The position numbers and the translations under genes are program-made. Source: Takakia lepidozioides (taxonomy: Eukaryota > Plantae > Bryophyta). From it: DNA of 64,000 nucleotides. This document shows, in pieces, positions 51,650 to 61,737 of this stretch. Within the stretch, counting starts at the first letter, position 1, and every line of letters starts with the position of its first letter. The notes under the pieces are model-generated. The model had not been told where the DNA came from. It worked only from the letters and a program-made list of their open reading frames with translations, and ran no database searches. The stretch covers positions 77,190,001 to 77,254,000 of the forward strand of contig CM060732.1 of assembly GCA_030704615.1 (NCBI GenBank). Direction: 5' to 3'.

Positions 51650-53210
51650 GCGCAAGGGAGGGAGCAGCGCATAGCAGCGCAGGAGAAGGGATCAGCTCAG
51701 CACACCAGCGCGGGGGGAGGGAGCAGCGCATAGCAGCGCAGGAGAAGGGATCAGCTCAGCACACCAGCGCGGGGGGAGGGAGCAGCGCACCAGAGCGCGG
51801 GATGAGGGATCAGCTCAGCGCACCAGCGCGGGGCGAAATAGCAGCATTTTTTATTTTATTTTAATTTTTTCTTTTGGTTTGGTTTTCCTGCTTTTATGGT
51901 CTCGCACCTCCATTTGCGGGATGTGCTGCAGCATCGCGAGCATCAACACAAGGGAGGGAGCAACGCCTCAGCCCGTGGGGGAGGCCGAAGCAGCGCATGA
52001 GGGGAGGTAGTAGCGTAGGCAGCAGGGTTTTTATATTTTGTTTTATTTTTTCCCACGTTGTATCGTCTCTCACCTCCTCCTGCTACAGCAGGGGGAGCAT
52101 CAATGCGGGGGAGGGAGCAGCGCATAGCAGCGCGGGAGGAGGGATCAGATCAGCGCACCAGCGCGGTGCGAGGTAGCAGCATTTTATTTTTTATTTTATT
52201 TTTATTTTTTTTTATTTTTTGGTTTTCCTGCTTTTGTGGTCTCGCACCTCCACTTGCAGGATATGCTGCAGCAGCGCGAGCATCAACGCAGGGGAGGGAG
52301 CAACGCCTCAGCCCGTGGGGGAGGCCGAAGCAGCGCAGGAGGGGGAGGTAGCAACGTAAGCAGCAGGGTTTTTTTATTTTGTTTTATTTTTTCCCACGTT
52401 GTATCGTCTCTCACCTCCTCCTGCTGCACAGCAGCGGGAGCATCAACACGGGGGAGGGAACAGCGCGGGAGGAGGGATCAGATCAGCGCACCAGCGCGTG
52501 GGGGAGGGAGTAGCGCAAGGCGAGGTAGCAGCAATTTTATTTTATTTTTTTATTTTTTTATTTTCCTGCTTTTGTGGTCTCGCACCTCCACCTGCGGGAT
52601 ATGCTGCAGCAGCGCGAGCATCAGCGCGGGGGAGGGAGCAGCGCCTCAGCCCGTGGGGGAGGCCGAAGCAGCGCAGGAGGAGGAGGTAACAACGTAGGCA
52701 GTAGGGTTTTTTTTTTTGTGTTTTTTTTCTCACGTTGTATCGTCTCTCACCTCCTCCTGCTGCAGCAGCGGGAGCATCAACGCGGGGGAAGGAGCAGCGC
52801 ATAGCAGTGCGGGAGGAGGGATCAGATCAGCGCACCAGCGCGTGGGGGAGGGAGCAGCGCAGGGCGAGGTAACAGCAATTTTATTTTTTTTTATTTTTTT
52901 ATTTTTTTATTTTTGGTTTTCCTGCTTCTGTGGTCTCGCACCTCCACCTGCGGGATGTACTCCAGCAGCGTGAGCATCAGCACGGGGGAGGGAGCAACGC
53001 CTCAGCCCGTAGGGGAGGCCGAAGCAGCGCATGAGGGGGATGGAGCAACGTAGGCAACATGTTTTTGTTTTTTTGTCTTTTTTTCCTACGTTGTACCGTC
53101 TCTCACCTCCTCTGCTGCAACAACACGAGCATCAACGCGGGGGAGGAAGCAGCGCACCAGCGCCGGGGGGGAGGGAGCAGCCGGGTACGAATACGGGGGA
53201 GGGAGCAGCG
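51650..53210. repeat. GC-rich hierarchical tandem repeat inside the hAT
   Basis: ~340-bp units starting near 51881, 52221, 52559 and 52915. Each is two ~170-bp halves separated by T tracts. Core motif GGGAGGGAGCAGCGC. Confidence 0.9.
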
Positions 53211-53926
53211 CAGTCAGCACAACCTCCGTGGAGGTTAGCCCTCCATCTTTTTTTTTGTCCTTTCATGGCAAAATTGTGCAGCTGAGAAGCTTGTGCTAGG
53301 GCCTTTAGCCTCCCTCTCTCTCTCTTTTTCCTTTCATGGCAAATTAATGCAACCAAGCAACTTGTGCTAGGCCCTTTTAGCCCTTCCTTTTTTTTCCCCT
53401 TGAATGGCAAAGTCATGCAACCAAGTAGCTTGGCTGGTCTACCGTAGCCAGTGCCTCGTGTTAGCATTATGAGATCTGAAAATGGTCAATGTACATGCTC
53501 TGTTGGCTGGTCTACTGTTGCCAATGGCTTATGATAGCATTAGGAAATCTGAAAGAGGTCTACCTAGTGTGCATTTGATTGCCACTCATGACATCTGAAA
53601 ACTGAATTTCCACATTTGAGGATTTGTCATGGTGCCTAAAGGGGCTGATTGACTGAAATGACATATCTTACATTTATATATATGTATTCTACTTTGAATG
53701 TATGAGTGCTTGTGTTACCCAAGAGCTTGTATGTATGCCCTTGCTTTAATATTTGGCTCTACCTGTGGGATTGGGTATTTACTATTTACTGTCATAAGAC
53801 CAGCCCCCCTTATGTGCAGTGTTATGCAGTTTACTAGGCTCTCACATTGGTGTAATTATATTACAAATTTGCATTGTATGAATGTTTAAGCGTGAATTGG
53901 GTTGGATTGGGATTAATTTGATTCAG

Positions 53927-56284
53927 GGAGTGTATCCAGCCATTTGCACGTATAGAACCCAATATCTTTGAAGAACTGGAGAGAGGTGTTGTTCATGACA
54001 TCAATGTCAACAATGCGGGAGCTATGGAAGCTTGCCCTACGCTATGTGCATCGTCTTCTTCATCAATTCCTCTCACTTCAACGGTCGGTGGGTCTTCCAC
54101 AATATCACAGTATTCAAGCAGCTCAATGTCCGAGGAAGATCAGTTTTCCACCCTACGTGAGTAACGTGATTTTTGGAAACCTTACAATCGCACTGCTTCA
54201 TCATGGGCATTTTATGTAGTTGCCAACGCGGGTCCAATAGATGCAATACACCCGCAGTATATGAGGTATGTGTTTTGTCATCCTGCTCCTGTGTTTGAAA
54301 AGATGCCAGGATATATGACTTACAACAAAGACCATGGAAACTCTGTTCTTCACAAGCATGTGAATAAAAAACATGGGGCTTTGGTTAGTAAGTGAATTGA
54401 AATAGAAAACGATGGGCCAGATGCTCGTAGACCTGCGAAGAAGAGGCTTGGCCCTACCCCAGGGAATACATCTTTTTTCTTTGGCTGTCGAACTTCATGC
54501 AAGAAAGATGATGAACAACAGAAAATGTTCAATGATGATTTGGTCTTGTTCATTGCAAAAGAGTTGTTGCCATTGTCTTTGGTCGAATCTCCATGGCTAC
54601 GAAGAGTAGTGGGGAGACAAAATGATCGTCTAGTTTTCCCCTCTTTACGCACACTTGTGAATGAGACATTCCTATCACTGGCAGCAAAAACACAAGACTT
54701 GTACATGTCCCCATTGATATCCAGTTGTATAATTTGTACTGTCAATTTTGATTTGTGGATGTCAAGAGGAGGAACTGATATTTTTGTCATCATAGCGCAC
54801 TTTCTTAATGAGCAATGGGAACCATGCCATGTGACATTGGGAATGTTTGAGGCACCTGATACATCCGGGGCAACCATGGCACGACAAGTGAATGACCTTT
54901 TGACAAAGTATGGTTTGAATTCGCGCATCATAGCTTATGTCAAAGATGAAAGAGGTAATTTGGGTACTTTGACTGCAGCTTTGAATGTGCCGTGTCTTGT
55001 GCCCCATTAGGACTGTCTGCACCATTTGTGAGAAGTTGCTTTGGACATGCAATGTCCAAGTGTTGTCAGTATGCCACGACTGATGCAAAGGTGTGCATGA
55101 ATATGAGGGTTGTGTCTATAAAGGATGCTCAATCAGAGTTGCAGAAGACCATCACTTGGACCAAGAAGAGTGGAAAGGGAAGGCAAGAATGGAATGCAAC
55201 ATGTGTTGATAGTGGTATTCATCCTCGCAAGCTGAAAACTCCAGTGAAAACCAGGTTTGCTTCCAAAGTGATCATCTTTCAAGAAACTTTGGAATTTCGG
55301 CAAGCTATCATTACTTGTTATTCTAGGCAGGCTTCACTGTCTTTGCAATCTCGCATACCAAGCCCACAAGTGTGGGCAATTGCAAAGTCTATTTTCACGG
55401 TTCTCGGACCTGTGGTTCATGAGTGTGTTATGAACCAGTCAGGCGGATACTGGCTGTTGTCTGATGCTCTTGCTGCAACAATTACAACTTGTGTACGCAT
55501 GCGAGCAGAGAGTGTTCGAAGTTTGGGTACAGTGGATTATCGCATTGGGGATTTTGATGTAGAGTTGCAATTGTTAGAATGGTGGATAGCTCAGGAGATG
55601 GTGCATATATTGGGGTCACTTCTCTCATTTTTGGAAGGAGTTCAACCATTGAAAGCCCACAATATGTTGGCGCTGATGCTTGATCCGCGTTTCAAGGGAT
55701 TGTTCTTGGTGACACAATATGTGGGCAGAGAACATGGACATATCATTGTTCGGCAATATGACACCTTGGTGTTGGAGCCTCTTTTGGTCAAATGTTTCAA
55801 GATCCTTCACCCGACTACTACGACCCAGCCGGAGCCGGATTCCACTCAGGATGACATGTCATTGTTTGGTTTGGAGGAGCCATGTGAGGATATGACATTG
55901 ATGGTGGTGAGAGATCAGCTTGCGCATTTCCGAAGGCAAAAGGTCATTGACACTGAGTATAGTGCTCCTTTGAAATGGTGGAAAGAGCACAAGTCTGTAT
56001 TTCCATATGTGAGATATTTGGCACGCCTCATGTTGGGCATTGTTGGGTCTCAGATTGAATGTGAGAGGGTTTTTAGCATTGCAGATGTTATTACAAACTT
56101 GCGATGTTGTAAGTTAGGTGTTCAAAACCTTGATATGCTTGTGAGCATTGTCAAGAATTGGCCGAATGATGCTCGTGTTGGTTGCATGAGCTCTTCCATG
56201 AACGAGTTTTTGAACAGTGAGGAAGTCCTCTTAGATGACAACGAGGAGTTGATTGCAGAGGCCGAGTTGTTTGAGATAGAATGA
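53927..56284 (+). pseudogene. hAT transposase pseudogene (BED finger, DDE, C-terminal dimerisation domain)
   Basis: Motifs FDLW, YVKDE, KTRFAS, MLDPRFK and WWK..FP...LAR..SQIECERVFS. In-frame stops at ~54161 and ~54393 and a frameshift near 54990. Confidence 0.9.
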
Positions 56285-56463
56285 TTTCTTTGTGTACTCT
56301 ACACTACTCTACACACATTGATTTATACTCGCTTATTTTGTATTATTATTATTTCATAAATTTGTTTATAAATGTTGTGTTGTTTCTTTTCAACATGGTC
56401 AAACTATTTGATATAACTAATGGGGATTCACAAATCATTTTCAGATTTATAAAAAAACGATCA

Positions 56464-56495
<32 letters not shown>

Positions 56496-56685
56496 AAAAT
56501 AGAGAACCGGAACCAGAAACTGGAACCGGCGGATCCTTCCCAAAAAATACCCGGAACCGGAACCGGAATCTGCTCATGAATCTTGGAACCGGAACCGGAG
56601 CCGGAACCGCCTCTTTAAATCTACCAAGGAACCGGAACCGGCGGTTCCTTCAATATGGCAAGAACCGCACAACACTGGTTAATTC

Positions 56686-57705
56686 CAATGTTGTGCGGGT
56701 ATATTGATTTCAATATACCCTTAGGGTATAAGTAAGTTATTTTTGTCAAATCATTTACCCTTAGGGTATGGGTAAATTAACTTTTCAGATTTCTATATAA
56801 CCCCTGGGTATGGATATATATGCCAAAATATACCTTGAGGGTATGAATAGTTTCCGGGTATGGATAGTTATTTCCATTAATATATAATTTAATGGTTTTA
56901 AAGAATATATGATGTTCTTCAATATGTACAAACACAAAAAAACACAATCTATGGTAAAAGAGAAAATTGATAAGATATTGCATAATATTTTGGTGTTAAT
57001 TTCAAATGCAAGATGGAGGAGGTTTAAGATTTTAAAAAAAAAAACATCAGCTGGTAGCTCAATTGGTAAGTGCACAGCGTGTGTCACTCAGGTGGTTCGG
57101 GGTTCGAACCCGCTGCCCTGCCCCATGTGTGGGATTGTTCGTGTGACGGTATGTCTGGGCGTTGATCGTCCCATAGGTCTCATGGCCCATAAATGAAAGG
57201 GGGTTAATCTTTCCCCCTCCTCAAGGGCCTGAATTGTGGGTTGTCGCTCCCATATTTCCTTAAATAAATAAATAAATAAAACCCCCTCAATGACCTAAAT
57301 TGTGGGCTGTCAGGTTTCCTTTTATGTATATACATATATATGCGAGATCCAAACATTAAGGAATGATATATATGTAACATTTGTTTTAGCGTGATTGGAG
57401 CTTTCTTATAGCTCAAGGCTCCCTAACAACACAACAAAAAAGAGAAAAGACCTAGCACATAAAGGCTATGAAGGCACATAAAGGCCCTTATATACCCTGA
57501 TTAGATATACCCTTCAGGAAAATAGGGTATTTGAGGGTCTTGATGCAGGGTAAATATAAGGATAAGGGTATATCATAAAAATATACCCTGATATAAGGGT
57601 ATACATCCGGGTACCTAAACTTGCCACACCAGGTATATATATATCAATATACCTTGATAAACCTGCCGGGTATATCAGGGTAATTCATATACCTGCCCAA
57701 CACTG
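56686..57705. mobile_element. hAT-type MITE (GGGTAT/ATACCC subterminal repeats)
   Basis: TIR CAATGTTGTGCGGGTATAT versus reverse complement CAGTGTTGGGCAGGTATAT. GTTAATTC on both sides (56678-56685 and 57706-57713). Confidence 0.9.
57046..57280 (+). mobile_element. intact-looking SINE, family 1
   Basis: A box TGGTAGCTCAATTGG, B box GGTTCGAACCC, family tail and (AAAT)n end. Confidence 0.9.
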
Positions 57706-57849
57706 GTTAATTCTTCCCCCCTCCTCAAGGACCTGAATTGTGGGCTGTAGCTCCTAGATTTCCTTTCTTCTTTAAGAAAAATAAAAATAAATGTTGTACG
57801 AAATAAATAATTACAATTTTAGTTTTTTTTCTCGGCCGCAGTAAGCAAT

Positions 57850-60530
57850 TTTTTAAAACAAAATTGAACAGGGGACAAAGACCCTGGAAAATTTATTGAG
57901 TATTATTAAAACCCTTGGGTACACCATGAGGCACGCACACTCTAGGGCCATTCCTCTATCGAAGGCTAGAAGTTAGCCTAGAGAATGCCGAAAGGCCGAA
58001 ACCACAGAGAGCTGATAGAAGTTATGAGCAAATGAACTCTACCAATAGAGATTGAGCTTGCCACAAGAAAAAGCCTACCGGAAGGTAACACGCGAGGTCG
58101 TTGATGGGTGCTTAATGTGTTTCCAGTTAATTTCTTGTTCGAACTCAGGTGAGGCAGTGGAGAGGGGCCCGGAGTTTTAATCTCCAGCGTTTAGGGGGGA
58201 GTGGCTTCCAATAGCAGTGGTCTTGCACAAATGATGCCATGGCAGGCCCATGTTGGCTTGAAGGTGGCATGGAATGTGGCTGCTTGTTTGGGACCTTTGG
58301 TAATGCGGCAACATGTCATTTGGCCCACGTTTTTTTTAAAAATCATGTTAGGAGGTCATGATAGATTAAGGTGAGGAGGCAAGGTATGGTGCATGTTCCC
58401 CTGTGAATGATCTAAAACAACGAGCACGCCACAGATGCCACAGACTGGAGCTTCTGAGGGTTCCAAAGACATGAGGCCAGGAGAAGGATCTTTGTTTGGA
58501 GGTACGGTCGTAGTTGAGTAGCAGGTCGAGAGGGGAAAATATTGAGAGACTCCAATGACGATAAAACACCTTGACCAGGGGCCAGATTTTAGCTGGAGCA
58601 TGATATGATAGGGACAATGTTCTAGGGATTCAATAATGTCAAATGAACAGTAGGAGCATAATGCTTACATATTGTCTTTATATTAATTAATAGATCTATG
58701 GTTCTTGTTTTCTTTTCTTTTGGGGCCCTGCGTCTGCAGAGCCCCCTAGCTAGTAATAAGCTACTAATTTAGTAAGTAATTATTTAAGTGGAAGAGCATG
58801 ACTCTCCTATATATACCCTATGAGGGCGGTGGGACCCTTCTAGAAGGGTGACACGTGGCAGACCCTAATCAGGCCCACTCCCACCACTAGAGACTTGTCC
58901 CCAATTTAATAGGTATCACCATCCCCTATTTAATAGCTATCAACTTCCTACCGTCTTTTTTCGGACCCTTCATTTCGTTAATTAATACAGGTGGCCTTAT
59001 TACATTGGCTCCCTCTTTTAACTCCTGGACCACTCTAAAATCAACCGGGCCCGAATGAAACTGATTTACATATTAGAGCGTCTTGAAATTGTAGCCATTC
59101 CCCTACTTTAAGGGCCATCTTTGTAGGTCTGGTTTTGAGCCAAATGGAAGCCCAAATGGAGCTCCAGTTTTTGTTAGAGAATCCAAAGCGGTCCCATTTA
59201 TCCATTTTTTTTCCCAGAGGGAGAGGGTTGTTGAGGGCCATGTTATGTATGCAAGGAACGGGATTGGAGTTCGAGAGAATGCCCAGTCCCATTCTTTTGG
59301 GTCTAGGTTAAGTATTTCCGAAAGAGGTCGGCCAGAAATCCAAAAAAGGTGCTTGAACGGAGCCAAGTAAGAATGGGATGCAGTTGGAGGCTATGGGATG
59401 ATCTCTTTGAATTTTGATGACCAACAAGGAAAAAGAGTTCGGGAATGGGAGGCTAAAGCGAGAATAAGCCTGGTTTCAGTATTGATGAGAAAGAGGAATC
59501 ATGAGAAATGAAGGTCCATGACCTCTTGCACTAGAAGAATACTGAGTTTTTGGTTTATGATTCCCAGGGTCCAGAAGTACATGGGTGGAAGAGAGGGTCC
59601 AGCTTGCAAGGTAGCTTTCCACTGCTGAGGGATTGATTGGATAATGGTATCATAACCAGCTTTGGCTCTGGTGGCACTGATACGGCGAGAGATGGTTTGA
59701 GCACTAAGGAACCCTGTTGAGTTAATCCATAGATCACGTAACTGGCTGACCATCCCAGGCTGATAGTTTGAGAGGGGAGGCATTGACTATGTCGTCCACC
59801 AAGAACTTCCACCAGCCTCCTTCCGGGCCCAGGAATTTGGGTAGCCACTTGCCCAGAAGGGCAGTGTTTTGGGTTTCAGGGTCTAAGACCCCCTCATTTT
59901 TTTTGGGAGACAGATCTATTTCCAAGAGACTTGAGGTCTTTTCTTTTGGTCCAAGTTTCAAGCTCCCCAAATGAAGTTCCTAAACAGTCTTTTGCCCTCA
60001 CTGATTTGCTGATGGAAGGACGCCAGGAGGCTGCAAAGAACCAGATACCAGCAGAGATAACTTGATTTGCCACTAGTGCCCTCCCAGTGAAGGAGAGGAA
60101 TTCAGAGCCCTAGTAAGAAGGCTTGTTTTTAAGTTGCAGAGGATGGGGGCAAAATGTTGTGTATATGTAAGATCAATAACAAAGGTATAGCCCAACAATA
60201 TCGTAGTTAGCATAGGCGGTGGAAATGGATCTATTGATGATAACTCTGCTGAAGGAACCAAAGAGGAGGATGCGGACCCATTGGCAAAAGCTAGGGGACA
60301 GTCCGATCTTCGATAAGGCCTCCAATAGGAAAGGCCATTGCATTATGTCAAAGGCTTTTTCAAAGTCAAGAAGGAGAAGAGCTACGGCTTGCTACATTTT
60401 GAGAGCATAGTGGGGAATTTCCTGGGCCAGAAATAGATTGTCCATGATGTATCGGCCTTTGATAAGACCTATTTGACTAGGCCTGATGATGAATGGCAGG
60501 AACGGTTGAAGGCAAAGGGCAAGTGCAATT
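57850..60530 (-). mobile_element. 5'-truncated, internally deleted L1
   Basis: Minus-strand remnants LLLLDFEKAFD, EGVLDPETQNTALLGKW and CSYCSFDIIESLEHC. 3' stem-loop at 57869-57886 next to a short A tail. Confidence 0.8.
58674..59065. mobile_element. unclassified 392-bp insertion in the L1
   Basis: 9-bp direct repeat TTACATATT at 58665-58673 and 59066-59074. L1 coding sequence continues on both sides. Confidence 0.7.
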
Positions 60531-61737
60531 TTGTGGCAAGTGCAATTTTGTAAGCGAGCTACATCTACTAATCATGACAGAGCCTAGCAATGTACATTGT
60601 TTGATGCCACCATGCCCGCTGCTGAGTACCGCAAGAGCTATGAGGTTCCCAATGTTACTTTATCATCAGAAAATTAACTCAGTAAACATTTCCAGTTCAA
60701 ATATTGTGGCACGATACCCTAATGGACGGAATAGTGTTTGGGCCTACAGTGTGGGCCTTGAGGCTGCCTTCTACCATTTGCGCACTAAGATTTCTTATTG
60801 GTGTCTTTCTTGCTGTAAAGCACTTTGGTCTAAATCTCTCACCGGAGTTGCATGGCCAAAGTGATGAAATCTGAACCAATCGAAAATAAAGATAAAACAA
60901 AGATTATATAAAGATTTCATAAACAACATTCATAATCCAAATCTACTTGTTGTATCAAGACTAGCCACATTTTCTTTCTTTCGATTTTATGATAAATCTA
61001 TTCCGAAGACGTCTCCTCCTGTTGCATCTGGTCAAATTAATATAAAATGAAACAAGCCTCAAATTGCAATGGCCCCCTTGCTTTGGCAAAACATAAGAGG
61101 AAGGAAAAACTAGGGAGCATGACTCAGCACAACACACCAATCCGAGGCTTGACACTCTGTAAGGGCCTTTAATGCGTAGTCTCTCATAAAACTTGAATAT
61201 AGCCCATCTATCTGGACGTTGTTCTCATAAGTGGGCGCTAGTAGTGCGGAGCAACGCGAAGCCCTAGTATATTATAAAAATCGACCTTATGTAGATGTCG
61301 ATGGGTAGCCTAGTGGTTCAATAGGGTTTGCAGAAGCAGGTTCAGAGTTCGAATATCCGAGATTTCCTGCACAGGAAGTGCAAGATTTATGTTTTTCCGA
61401 CAGCCCGTTTTTTTATTTAATTACAGTCGGACAATGTAGGCAGGTACGGACGGTAGTGATGAAGGGAATTCTTATGGGAGAATAATCCAATTAAGAAAAT
61501 TAATAATCAAAATTGATCATAACTCATCTATAAGGGAAAATTTCCAAATCCAAAGACACAGGCAAGGAGAAGCTTTGCAAGGAGTATCTTTGAAACCCCA
61601 GTCAGTGACAAGTGAGGTAGAAAGGTGATAGTCAGACAAATTGAAAAAGCTTTCTCACAAATTGTCATCCTCCCTTTCTCCCCAACATAGTTTTAGTCTT
61701 GTCAGTAATGCAGCACCAGAACTAGTGTGTGGGAAGT

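Larger units (their letters stand above)
51401..56677 (+). mobile_element. full-length hAT DNA transposon (decayed transposase)
   Basis: Perfect 13-bp TIR CAGTGTTGTGCGG, 8-bp TSD GTTAATTC, and GGAACC/GGTTCC subterminal repeats at both ends. Confidence 0.95.
51246..57770 (+). mobile_element. SINE family 1 copy split by two hAT insertions (SINE parts 51246-51400 and 57714-57770)
   Basis: The head and body match the intact copy at 57046 up to GAAAGGGGGTTAAT. The sequence resumes TTCCCCCCTCCTCAAGG after 57713. The B box is replaced by GTCACCTCG repeats. Confidence 0.85.

Noticed and set aside
57046-57120. Possible tRNA genes here and at 29300-29376, 28500-28570 and 61300-61360
   Set aside because: A and B boxes are present but there is no convincing cloverleaf. 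Most continue into shared SINE bodies with tails or TSDs.
60555-61267. Possible Helitron with gene fragment (CTAG end near 61264)
   Set aside because: The subterminal hairpin is poor, no 5' end could be defined, and the peptide fragments are unrecognised.
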